DNA of 64,000 bases from Laetmonice hystrix (taxonomy: Eukaryota), in assembly GCA_965235115.1 (NCBI GenBank), contig OZ249436.1, forward strand, positions 13,764,001 to 13,828,000, given 5' to 3'. A model generated the notes under the pieces. That model worked only from the letters and a program-made list of their open reading frames with translations. It was not told where the DNA came from and did not search any database. A program made the translations under genes and the position numbers. Below are positions 1 through 12,905 of the stretch, in pieces (position 1 is the first letter of the stretch; each line of letters starts with the position of its first letter).

Positions 1-3000
1 CCTGTGATACGAAACGTTCAGCCATAGTGTAGGTCTTTGATACTTGGACTCTATGACGGCTTCTTACTTATAACCAGGTAAATAGTCAGCTCACTGCTGC
101 ATCAACCCAGGCTGGACATGTCAATGGCCATGATCAGTGGTCTTATCTAGCCGCACGCACTTGGCATCACTGCCATCTCCCAACCATTGTTCACCAGCCA
201 TTGTCTCCATCTACAGGGTCCATTAATGTCCACTCCGTATCAGACGGATGCAAGGGGAGCAGATGAGAGAATTCAGTTCGCTAATATGTCAAAGATGCCA
301 ATAGACAGCGGGAAGAAATCTTTAAATTGCTCATTTTCTATGAAATGTTGAAAAGTATAGTAGAATCTATTTTTCTTTGCGAGTTCGAGCAGATACTTTG
401 TACTGCCACTGTCATCCACGGGCATTCCCCCTGATTCGATTTGTTTGTGGAAAGGTAACGTAGTCAGGATCGGAATGTGTTTCTGTTGCTGTTCATCAGT
501 TTGATATGTCCATCAATATCATTATACCTATAGGGCTTGTATGCTTCCAAAATATGAGGTAAAAAAAGAACAGAAGAAGGAGCAGGAACAGGAACAATTG
601 CAGGAGCACTTTTAAAACGCCCAACCCAGAGCAGGGAGATCGTACCAACATAAAGTGACTGATTCGATCGGTTTTATAGACAAACTCCCGGCGGGCCCAC
701 CCCAGCTTGTAGGGTGTGAGGGTGTGGCCCTGAATGGGAGGGTCCAGTGTTCCCAGGGATCCAGCTCCGTGCCCTCCTCGTCCACTGGTACAGGACCAGC
801 CTGGAGGCAGGCCCAGGCCGGATCGGTCGTCTCGAGACGACGGGGTCTCGACCCTGGGGACCGCAGCCTCTGACAGTTGACGTCCCGATGGTCGTGTAAC
901 AGTGATTCACTGAGCGTGCATTCCTGAAACGGCTGGATTTAGTTCAGGTCAGTATGGAGGGCAAACAACGTAAATATCTACCGATAGGTCGTGTAACCAA
1001 AGTAGTGACATAGGAAATAGGAAAGCAGCGATTGGTCCGTTTCTAAAAATATGTGACGACAGAAAGCGTCGAGGTCTGACGTATTGCACTAAAAGTTAAC
1101 AGCTTCTTTATCGCCGTTTATTATGAAAAGACAAAAATTCCCGTGAAAATTAAATTTATAGCTTTAGGTAAGTGTTCAAGTATATCCAATTTTGTCAATT
1201 TGGTTCAGATGTCGATAACCTCCTCCCACAGCAACACTGAAATAGACCAGCAGATGAGTTTGTATTGCTTGCAGATACGCTTAGATTATGAGGTCGAAAA
1301 ATAAACATTGTGTGAAACATTCATGATGTATTGCTCCTTTGTGCTTTTACTGCTAACTTGAGGTAATCGACCTTCAGAGTGGGAGAATCACGGTATAATG
1401 TCTATACTATCTAAACCATAATAATGCGACTATATTACATGTGCTCCAGCTTGACATCTTTCCTTGACTCAATGTTCTAGGGAACCTATGCACAGTTTGT
1501 CATATAGGTGCATGGTAGACACGTAACGAATGTAGCGACGAAGAGTATCTTGTTCAAGGGCATATTGTAGTCGTATTGAGCACCTAAGCACAGGAAAAGT
1601 CACAACGGTGGAACATGTCGGACTTGTAGAGGGTAATGGATTACTTCGGAAGACAGGACACCAATGGCTTACACTGCTCAGTGACTGCCATCCTCATGGC
1701 TGAGCATATTTCTCAGTTACCGTGTTTGTCATGATAACCGTTCATGATGATGACACCAACCGGAGCGCTCTCCCGGGTCGTCTCTCATCAATTTGATAAT
1801 GTATACGCAGTTTTTCGTCTCGCCGATGAAAGGTATCCTTCTAGTAGCGTGTTTGGGAACATTTTCCAGGTTTTACACCAATCGATCGAACTAACAGTGT
1901 AGTTGCTTTGACGTAACACGCATGTGTTTCGTCACGCGGATGGAATCAACTTGCCATGATCTCAAATCTTGGCAAGGGGCATCGTTAGGTCGGTAGTTTG
2001 TTTGACGTAAAGGTTCATTATATTAGCGCTGGGGGTATGATGGGGAGAAGGTAAAGGGGGAACCAATTTTTCACTCCGCAGTATGTGAATTTAATGCTCT
2101 ACGAAAGCCTCGTATGTTCTTCAATACTATCCCATGTCTGATAACGTAATACGGAAATATACCGATCTTTAGGTCCCTACGGGACCTGTAAGTATATTTC
2201 CATATTACTTTATGAGACATTGGGTGATGAGTTTATTATTTGGTTCACTCATTAAAAAGGAAGCCTTACATGGAATAAAATGTACATTTATAACAGACAA
2301 AAAGGTTAAAACAATGGCATTTTAATAACCCCATAACTTAACAAAGAAATGTGCATCCTATATAATATTAATTGTCACGTCATAGTCTCAAAATGAGGCT
2401 GCCAAGTGATACAGGCCTGTCTAGTGAGGTCAAAATAATATGTAATACAGGAAATATCTGCGCTGGGACTTTCAACCCTGGATCAATCCCATAGTACCGC
2501 TTTATATTGAGAAATAACTGACCAATCACGTTTCAGTATTCCGTTTAACCAAATATTAATTGCGCGTATCACCAGGGCTTCCAGTGGCCCAGCAACTAAA
2601 AAACATTCTGAGTTCATATGTGGGTCCGAAGGAGTAAAGTTCTGGCTACAAGGAACAGTTAACGAAGGTTTGTCAACCTCCAGCGGGACATGTCGAGAAC
2701 GCTAACAAGGAATCGTCACGCAAGACATGTCCAGCTGGAGTCAGGATGGCATGAAGTTCCTTACGTTCTTCACCAAGAAATCTTTACATTGATCTCGTGT
2801 GCGTACTTCGGCTCTACGAACGAGCCACCGGATAGGCTTCTTTGCTTAACAAACTGCTGAAATCGATAGTCGTACACTACTTCCTGGGCAACCTTTAGCT
2901 GGCGGCAAGATCATCGCCCACAATACCCATAATCCAGGCCTTAGTTGGCAATGAGTATGATGCGGCACGTCAAACCTGATTACAAGACCGCCATACCAAA

Positions 3001-4779
3001 GCCATACTCAGGAAAGGCTCTCGGCAAACCGGCAGCAGGTGGGCTAAAATAAGCTGTTGTGATCAAAAGAAAGAAATTTACTATACAAATCTATATACAT
3101 ATAGGGCATATATATATATATTACAATATATTATAACACGGAGAACGCTATGCTATATATTTTGTACAGGAAAATTTGTACAGGAAATGAACAAAAATTA
3201 ATATTATCATACGACAATAGTGGCAAGAAAGGCTTCAGCAATCATTGAAATGTTGAACATTGTTTGATAGCATTGCCCGCGGACGTAGGCAGTCGGATGT
3301 GAAATTACAAGGAAGTATGCCGAGCTGCCACGATCTTTGTGCTGTTTACGCAGGTCTGAGTTCATAACTTAGGAGTTATGTGTAGCTCAAGTTAGAGTAG
3401 CCGGTCGGTTTGGTGGTAGGAGATCGATGGAGCTGGTCGAGCGTGGGGACGTGTCCGGGGGCCCCGGGGCAGGAGTAGGTGTGGACCGGGAGGATTACAG
3501 TGGCCGTGCTGGGGGAGTCGGGCTTACCGTACCTCCCGGCCCTACCAGGCAATGGGATTGCCAGGGCAACACGACTTGCCCATTTATAGCATGTTTGCAG
3601 CCCAACAGGCACGCTATAACTAGATATACCGTTCGCGTCGTGCTCCTCCTGTCCCAATGACAGTGTGACAGGCACTAGCATCTGTTTCTGGTTGGTGCCC
3701 GGGAGGGAAGACCAAGGCAGTCTACATCCCAACTGTCCATCTGACTGTCACCATCAACCCAATCAATACCTCACTGACACAGGCCAGACTTGGAGGTCCC
3801 TCGGATCAGAATGATGCAAACTTGATGAGATCCTGTATCGCCCCAAGATAAAAAAAAGAAGACCTTTAAGTAAGAGTCACTTTGTTGCTATGCATTTCTA
3901 TTAAAGCCATACCAGTGGACCATCCTATGGTGCTCTGATTAAATTTCTTGTTAAGGACGAAATTTCTTTGGTTTGTAATCATTCTAGATAAGCATGTAAA
4001 GTTCGAACCACAATTTTCACCTTTGGGCACGCGGAATAGATTCATGAAAAGATATCGGTATAGACTGCTAATGGACATCAGCCCTCAAGGAAAAGTGTCT
4101 TTCAAACTCTCAAACTCTATACGTTAGACTACGTAGATATACAGGTACAAAAAAGGACCATGACTACATATAGACTGCTACCACTGAACCCCCCCCCCCC
4201 CCCCAAAAAAAAAAAAACATAGAAAAAATAGGGTCCTTTATAATATAATTACAATATGCCAAACTTGTTTTCGCCGTGAAGATGGCCTTATTTTCCGACA
4301 TGGCGTGGCACGGCCGATATACTCACTTGTATTACTTTACACTGTAACCCTCAGAGAATTGTTCAAGAGTTATTTCTAATAATAACTATACGTGCTGAGA
4401 ACAATCAATGATGGAAATATTGATAATAACATTGGCAGAAGGTAGTTGTCATAAGTTAATTTGCGGAATTTCCGTTATCAATAAGCAATTATGGAGACAT
4501 CCGTTAGTTTTGGGGACGTGTTCCTGTTTATTCGGACAGCCTAAGAGGCAATTTCTCCTAATATGGGCAATTATTCCGGAAGGCCAACGTAACTACATGT
4601 ATACATATTTTCTCATGACAGAGCGTTCGCGAGCATAGAGTCTATGCCTACATTATACACGTATATATGATAGACCTCTGAAATAGGCAGGACGATAATG
4701 GATTTGCTCAGTGGTGAAGAGACATAAAAAAATGTAGGCGAATTGTACCCTATATATTCACATCGACTGAGGATACCGC

Positions 4780-5361
4780 TCATCCGTTCGACGATTGTTT
4801 GAGGACCGACGACAACTCACGACGTAGTCTTCTCTAGGGTCAGGCTCGGCCTCATGTCGAAAGGCTCCACGTAGTATGCCGTCCGTGTGGGCACACGCTT
4901 CGGCACGCAATATGAGCATGTACCTTCCTCTGGCCCTAGCCCTGTCTTCGCTTGTAATACAAGGTAAGTTTCCCCATGCAAATCAAGTTTCTTTTTGAAA
5001 GTTTGTGTCCTGTTGTCTGGTCCCCAGTTGTATGGCGTCCTGTGTGTTCGCAACTCATCGTTATATTAGACCATTGGTTTGGCGTGATATTCTACCCAGC
5101 TGTATTATGTTAAAATATATTGTAGGTCATGTTATATATCTTCATAAAAACGGGGGAGATGTTTTCATAAATTTAATATTATTTTTGGGGGGGTCTGTCA
5201 TTATGACCACGGGATTAAGGACTGCAGTGCATCTACAACCTAAGGCCCTTAACCTCATTCAGTCTTAGGTAGTTGCCGTTATATAAACCTATATACATAC
5301 TTCAAAGTAAATAAATAATACCCTAACATTCGCGGAAACATTCCATCCGCGATCAAAACAC
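4780..5361. repeat. Dispersed duplication, copy 1 (~582 bp), of 10754-11346
   Basis: Direct alignment by eye from TCATCCGTTCGACG to GCGATCAAAACAC. The first ~210 bp differ by only 2 substitutions, and the remainder has many substitutions and indels. Confidence 0.95.
4912..4963 (+). CDS. Candidate signal-peptide-coding first exon (MSMYLPLALALSSLVIQ + phase-1 G), copy 1
   Basis: ATG at 4912, a hydrophobic 17-aa stretch and a consensus donor AAG|GTAAGT at 4963/4964. No downstream exon was identified for this copy. Confidence 0.3.
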
Positions 5362-5433
5362 GATAATATATTCACATCATGGGGGTTGTGTCGACGCCCA
5401 CAACAAAATGATTTCGATCGAGGACACTGCTTA

Positions 5434-6266
5434 AGCCTAGGTCCCACTAGGAGATACGACAACTTACAACAGGGTACGACTAGGCTGCGACTATAAATCC
5501 CAGGCAATCTTATAAAATCTGATAAAAGTCCTGCCACAGGTCCTGGGTGGTTGTGGGTAGTCCTCCATAATTCTCCATAATCGCACGTCCAAAATGCATC
5601 GCAGGGAGGTTGTTGATCATGTGCAGCAACCTCCCTGCGACTGAAGTAGTCTCAGTATGTCGCAACCTAGTCGTCACTTGTCGTGCGATGGTCGTGCGAA
5701 GGTTTGGGGACAAATCTCTGGTGGTCCTTCATTGTCGTAGGAAACTGTTGTCGTAGGACAACCGCACGACTGTCCCCCACCACTGGCACGACCTGTCGTG
5801 CGACCAGACCTGAGTGGAAGACAAGTCGTGCAACTGGAGGACAAGTCGTATGACTACCTGTGAATTGTCCTGCGCTGTTCCTGCCACTGGCCAAGACTAA
5901 TCAGCGGGGTATATAGGGGCCTTGGTCTGCAGGCATGTCAGCATCCACCTCGGTTGCAGCCCTGCTCCACAGTGCACCCTGCGGTCGCGGGTAGTCTCTC
6001 TCAGTCCCACGAGCAGTCCCATGAGGTCGTGGCCAGTTGTGCGACAGGGCCTTATCACTCGTACGTGGTCCTGGGTAATCGTGCCGGGGTCGGGCGATTA
6101 TTGGTGCTATCAGTCGTAACAGGCTTTCTACAGGTCTCACGACAGGTCTTACAATCTGACCGGTACATTCAAATCGCAAAAAAATATGGACGACTACCCA
6201 CGACCAGCCCTAGTCGCACGACTGAACTGATCGCAGGGAATCGCAGGCCCTAGTGGGACCTAGGCT
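5434..6266. mobile_element. Non-autonomous PIF/Harbinger-like (Tourist-type) MITE, 833 bp
   Basis: Perfect 18-bp TIR AGCCTAGGTCCCACTAGG / CCTAGTGGGACCTAGGCT. TTA target-site duplication at 5431-5433 and 6267-6269, where a TWA TSD is typical of PIF/Harbinger. Internal GTCGTGCGA/TCGCACGAC motifs are repeated, and there is no transposase ORF. Confidence 0.85.
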
Positions 6267-9200
6267 TTATCTTTTTCAAATGAATAACCTTGCTTCTCAT
6301 TTAACGCCCGTTTATTTTGAAATATTTTGTCTGTCAGTGAAAAACAGTATTTATTGAGAGAGCCGCCTTCATGTAGCTATACCGACATTAGATAGATATA
6401 AAAAGAGACTAGGCCTACTATTATTGTGTACTTGATGGGACTCGGCCAGTGGTATAGCCTATAGGCTACAAACATCACATAGCCACTTTGTCAGCCTCGT
6501 ATCCACGCGCGACACCACAGCTAAAGTGCCACTTTAGAGGACAAGTTCCAGTCCGAATCTTTCTCATGGGTTTCTTTTGAATGTCTTGTTAAAAATGTTC
6601 AATGCATGTGCACTAAATTAGGGGAGAAATACCTATAATATAGTGACCCAAAGATACTCCGTTAATAATTATTGTGTTAGTTTCCTGGCTAAAGAGATAT
6701 CATTTCTTACCTGCTTATGTGATCGTGATTGGCAGATACCTGCGATATCACGTGTTTCTCGGCCGTCAAGAAACGAAACTTGCGCTTGATAGAATCCTCG
6801 TCGTAGGTGGTATCTCTACTGCTCTTTCTTATATAAGGTTCAGGGGACACGTGAAAAGGTCAGAGGGGTCATTTTTGGTACGTTCCCCTATTTATACCCC
6901 CAGTATATATCTGCATACTGTCTCAGACATGTACGGTTGCTCACAAGGATACCTTTGCCAACACTGCTTCAATACCATGTTAAAAACAAACAATCATAAC
7001 AGAAAACTGACGTGAGCAGGACTTTATTTAAAATGTCCTTGCACAATTTGTGCTCTTTTCAGTTGATGGATGTGTGCCATAGAAGATAATTCCCGCCTTC
7101 CCAACTAATTTGTTGTACGCTGCGTATAGCCATACTCCCATAGGCTTGGTAATGCCACGGAAGTTTTAGTTCTTTATATCATCTCTCCATGTTGCTATGA
7201 GTTGGTGTATGTGCAGTAGTGGTATATGTAAAGTGGGCTATAATATTATATGGTCCTGACAGAAAGAAAATCTGAGGTTAAATTGTATTGTTCTCACTGT
7301 TGGCAGAAATATCTCGTCCGTTCTATAAATTTACTATAACATGGAATGAAGTGAGGAGGAAACAAACGGTGCCATTCTTCCTCAATATCTGCATGGTCTC
7401 TCACAGCGCAGTCAGAATTCGGCGTCCTGTGTTATGAAGATATTGTAAATCTTACACCTAACTACTCATTAATTCAGTTTCTTTATAATCTTTCCAAATC
7501 TTCTGTCTACTTATAAATCTTCTCTTTGCCAATATCTACAGAAAACTTGGGATTAATCCTAAAGAACCTGTTTTTGTTTTATCAGTAGTCAGTGTTAGCT
7601 ATTTCTGTTATGCCACCCTCTATCAGGCTCAGGCAGTAACATTGGGGAAGTCGCGATAGGCAAAGGTTGATGGACTATTGACCGAAGTCGGATTTTAATG
7701 CGCCCGAGCCGCCCTTACGACTTTCAATCGGCCACGCCTCGTGCATTGTCTTTAGAGTAGTATCGTGGGGCAGAGGAAGATTGCGGTGGAGACGGCGAGC
7801 TGGGCTCTGTATTTGAAGCACCCATAAGGTTGCCATATGTTCACTGTTGTATTGATTTTTTCACAGGGCACTAATCAATCTGAAAACGATTGATGGTTGA
7901 GGGGGTGTGACCGGTCGGGTCGGCGGTCCATGGTGTACCCGTCTATCCGGGTGGTGGTGGTTGTGGTGATGGCCCCAGGAGCGGAGCCAGGGCAGACAGG
8001 CAGTGTTAATTCACAGCTGATACAATGCTTTAATTAATTCCAGGGGGGTTGGTAATGACTGCACATAAATATGGCGGAGGAGGGCGTTTTAAAAGTCTTG
8101 CACATTGAGCAGCAGACGTCGGCGATCCAGCGCCCGAAACTAGTTCTGACTGATGTTGAAATTAATGCGCGTCGTCGACTTTTGTAACCAACCACAGATC
8201 TAACATATTAACATGGACCGGGCCAGGTTTAAATCTGGGTCAAGCCCGGATAAAAAGGAACCTGTTGCACTTTTATTGACGTTAAGACTAGACAAAAACG
8301 TAAAGGCGGTGTTTAAAAATGACCACTTAGTCCCTTACAACTTGCACCGATTCCACTGACTCACCATTTTTTCCAACCGGACGTTAGTTACGTTTTAAAC
8401 ATAATTGAATGTCCTATACATTGTAAACATCAGGAAACTACGGTTGATCAATAATGGACGATAGCTATATCCATCAATAGCTAACTCTATAGCATTGCCT
8501 ATGCGTTTGTTGGCAACGAATTATAAAAGCCATTAGTTCCAAACAAGGTCATTGTTGAAAGGTCTCCATCACGATTGATCGTCTACTCCGTTAACGGCCA
8601 GTAACATACAAGCTATGGGTTCGCAATAAATCGAATAATCTTTCCTATTGGGCGCCCAAAGTGTTAAATCTACGGCAACGGAAGTAGGCAATCTGACCTG
8701 AAGGCCTTCGACTTAAGTGCCAAAGGTCAAGGGTCAAAGTGAGCGCACAAACAGACTTGGTTTACCGCAAGGAGCTGGTTTTCCATGGCACCTATCTGGG
8801 CGCCTGATAGATTAACCGTAATTTCACCACACTGGACTTGGTCGGGCAAAGATAAACAGTGGGTGGTCGACCATGGGCAAGGGGGCATTGGATCTCTTAA
8901 AGCACTGACACCTAGAACCCGCCTAGCTACAGCCCGCGCTGTCAGTCCGAACGACTGGTGCCCTGGAGACCAGAGCTAGAACCAAGAAGGTAGAACATTT
9001 GGGGGGAAAAGTCCTAATTGTCACGGTTGGCTCCAGAACACGGGATGCTCGCGCTGAGAGCACCCGCTCAGGTTTGCAATGGGCGGAAACTGTGAAATCG
9101 AACGCGTAGGACGGGCACAAACTACGTACGGCACGAGCTTGGCTTGTCGCGTGCAACGCACGCAGCTGTGATCATCAGTGCTATCGTGGCAAGTATCCCG

Positions 9201-10753
9201 GGAAACGGCGAACGTCGGCCGACTCAATGTGGGATAGCGGGGCGTTGACGTCGACGCCAAGAGGCTTGGCTATTCCTGGAGACGAATTGGTCCATCGACG
9301 GTTTCCCACTGTGGCACAAACAATGTCAACGCAAATAACTCAAGGCATTTCGGGTGCCCATCAGTACTTGGTATAGGAGGAAAGCGCGGCAAAGTCAGCA
9401 TCAGCAACGACAAGGTGCTTGCTTCTCCAAGCGGGCATCAACTGAAAGTGCAGCATCCAATGCTACAGCATCAACGAATATTATAACCTTAGAAGATGCC
9501 ACATATCACTGCGTTCGGTCTTTGAGTAACCCAGGGCGGGTCGAGATAACATCTGTACCTTGGCCTCCCAAGTCGGCGCGTCTATCACAGGACAAGAACT
9601 CAGGCTCGTCATTTGGTGACTTCTTTCAGTGATACTCGCTACTGTTTCAGACAGCTGCTTCCCAATAATTGCGAATGCTTGCGAACTCTGGTGGTGAACT
9701 TGGAGCGACGTGATTTACCTCAATCAGTGGGCCGCGGGTCTCGCTCCTACAGTAGTCATCTTAGGCGAGCCAAGTTATAAGAGCCTGTTGTATGTAAGCC
9801 TCATGCTGATTGGTCGAAAGGCAGACTGGGGCGGACACTGGGAGGAGAGGTGCATATGGAAATGCTAATGGCGACTGTATGGGGACGTCTAGTGACCGGC
9901 TGGGCGGCCGATGAAGTATAGAACTTGTGTATGGGCGCATCATGGTCCTGTTGAAGTGAATTCAAGTCCTCTCAGATCGTCAGTACACCGACGACGTGCG
10001 GACTAGGCCGCGAATGCGCATCGCTGGCGGACTAAGCCACTTGGAATGGAGTAGGCCTGCAAGTGGTTAGCCAGAGACCTACTGCTATATACCATAAGGT
10101 TATATTTGATAGCTTTATATATCCCAAATCCATCCGACGAGCAATGGTTGGCAGACGAATGTGCCGTTTGTGGTGGGAAGCCATGTCAGTTTGAACCAAC
10201 TTGGAGTGGTGTTTAGATGCGGGCATATTGTTGTTTTACATAGGAGTATACCCGTCACAATGGGTGCCGGATAGTGTCATGTAGTGGAACAACTGACGGC
10301 AGTGGAAGGATGCCCAGCCCCATGCTGAGGCCGCCACAGTGCTCAGTCTTATTGCCAATGTTGTATCCATTCGACGACCGGATGGTCAGTGTATTTGATA
10401 CCGCCACCTGCAGTCTATCATCTTCAATCGACAGCTCTTATCCGTGTTACCTTGGGCACCTCAATCATCTTGGTTACACAAACACATTGGTGTGTTCTCA
10501 GGTAGGCCAACAGTTCGTCAGCAGTTTAACTGTCGCTCTACGTGCTACAGGATTGTATACGACGTACATGCCCAAGCAGAGTGTTCATATCCAAGATCTT
10601 GCCCGTCGTTATTATCCCCGGGGATCGAGTGTCCCCGTACTCTTCCACTGTTATATTCCAAGGGTGACAACGCCTGAGTTCTGCCAGGGACAGCTGGTGG
10701 GCCGGGGCCACCCGTACGGTACTGCTGCCGCTCCTACTGCTGCTGCTTGCCGA

Positions 10754-11346
10754 TCATCCGTTCGACGATTGTTTGAGGACCGACGACAACTCACGACGTA
10801 GTCTTCTCTAGGGTCAGGCTCGGCCTCATGTCGAAATGCTCCACGTAGTATGCCGTCCGTGTGGGCACACGCTTCGGCACGCAATATGAGCATGTACCTT
10901 CCTCTGGCCCTTGCCCTGTCTTCGCTTGTAATACAAGGTAAGTTTCCCCATGCAAATCAAGTTTCTACGTCTTTTTGAAAGTTTGTGTCCTGTTGTCTCG
11001 TTCCCAGTTGTATGTCGTGCTGTGTGTTAGCGGCTCATCTTTATATTAGACAATTGATTCTTCTCGTTTGGCGTGATATTCTACCCAGCTGTATATATGT
11101 TAAAATATATTTGTCGGTCATGTTATATATCTTCATAAAAACGGGAGAGATGTTTTCATAAATTTAACATTATTTTTTGGGTCTGTCATATGACCACGGG
11201 ATTAAGGACTGCAGTGCATCTGCAACGTTAGGCTCTTATCCTCATTCAGTCTTAGGTAGTTGCCGTTATATAAACCTATACGTACTTCAAAGTAAATAAA
11301 TAATACCCTAACATTCGCGGAAACATTCCATCCGCGATCAAAACAC
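10754..11346. repeat. Dispersed duplication, copy 2 (~593 bp), of 4780-5361
   Basis: Direct alignment with copy 1. This copy sits inside a larger GC-rich island. Confidence 0.95.
10886..10937 (+). CDS. Candidate signal-peptide-coding first exon (MSMYLPLALALSSLVIQ + phase-1 G), copy 2
   Basis: ATG at 10886 and donor AAG|GTAAGT at 10937/10938. The only difference from copy 1 within this stretch is synonymous (CTA/CTT, Leu). Confidence 0.35.
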
Positions 11347-12713
11347 ACAAACTGCACAGCAATGTTGGGCGGACAGCCAGCAACGTTTGGCATTCGATTG
11401 TATTTTTGTTACCGCGGTGATGGTCGCCTTCTTATCCGGGCCAAGACAAATATTGAAAAAAGTACAGATCGACTGTTCCATAGCCCGGAGGCCGACTTCC
11501 GGGGCTAAGGTGATATGGTACAGGTGACTACTACTTTATGATTATCCTTTTGACCCTATGACGTGCTTAGTGGCGTTTAGGACCATGCCTTTTGGCCAGT
11601 GGGGGCAATAAGGGAGATATATGACTGAACACCGCATGAGTTGGTGGAAGGGTCTCAAGCTTGATTATATTGATATGTAGCCGACAGAGGAGACTCTGAA
11701 ACGTGTCATTAGCTGACCACCACCCGGTCACCGCTAGTGGTTCTCACACTGTCCGCAGACCTGTACCTCCCGACGGCCACCTTACAACAATGTCTCTAGG
11801 CGGGACAGTAGGCCATCGTCCCTATAGTTGGTTCTCCTCTACGAACGAGCCCAGACCAATGTCAACAGACTGGCTGGATTAAAACCTCTGAGACAAAGCA
11901 TAAAGTTATAAAATGGTGATTTCGGCACAGGTGCCTGTGTGCCGTCAGAGGACCTGTAATACACTTAGAGTCAGGCTACTTTGACCTCCGAGCCAGCCGG
12001 GCAATGTCTAACGAGGTATTAAGCCGTAGTAAGGGTTCCATTGCCCTTCACAATTATGCTGCATTAAGAGCAGCCATCCAACGACTGGATATTAGGACGG
12101 GGATGTGTATGTACACTGGTGTGTGTCCACTTTTGGAAATGGTACGTATTCATCGTATTCAATGGCTTAGTCCATGCTGATTATGGATTAGGTTGGCCAA
12201 TATCTTTTAGATCAATAAGGCTATGATGCTGGGGAAGCGGTCACAATATGATAAATGCAACATTTATGATTGTCGAACACAAGAACTGTACTTATAGTGT
12301 GCACAGATCCATCAGAATGCCCCAATATTTTACCTCTATGTACGGTTCGCCCCGAATTGCACTCATGATAGAAACAGGACAGACATGATAGATGTGGGTC
12401 AAAGTATATATAATGACATGTATGATGACATGCTTATATAATATAGAATGTAGCCCACATATCTGACCTGGTTGAGAGCTAGGTTTTGGCGTTTCGATAA
12501 TAAGTTGTCATTACACCGTCCAACATGGCATTGTGTTTAACAAAAGGATGGCAGTAAAAACAAGAAGATATTTTTGGTACCCGAGTTTAATCCTTTTCTA
12601 ATTATAACATTCTTACAGAAAGTGTCGCATACGAGTACAAGCCTTCCGTATTTCGAGTTATTTCTGTCTTCTCGATGGTGCTTTTACGGCCACTGCTTAA
12701 GGATCAAACGAAA

Positions 12714-12905
12714 ACCATTACTGGTTCAAAAATATTCCTAATTAATGATCTCCGTGTTCTTTATGGAAACCAGAGGGTGTAATTACTCGCACCCTCGGGC
12801 TGTGCTGTCAAGGAACAGCGCATAAAATATAGACTTTCTTATAATTGGTCGGCTGAGCGAATTATGCTAAAACGGGTCAATTAAGACGTGCTGGACGACC
12901 TGTCA
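12714..12905 (+). pseudogene. Possible decayed PIF1-family (Helitron-type) helicase fragment
   Basis: Translation TITGSKIFLINDLRVLYGNQRV*LLAPSGCAV...ERIMLKRVN*DVLDDLS resembles SF1 motif I (GKSFLI), Ia (LAPTGxAA) and II (IIDExS) in order, with in-frame stops and shortened spacing. By-eye match only. Confidence 0.35.

Noticed and set aside
6674-7015. SH2-like EGSFLVRS in a 113-aa ORF
   Set aside because: The rest of the SH2 fold is not recognisable, so it is likely chance
10500-10580. Penelope GIY-YIG-like TVRQQFNCRSTCYRIVY
   Set aside because: It lacks the CxxC and YIG motifs, and there is no RT nearby
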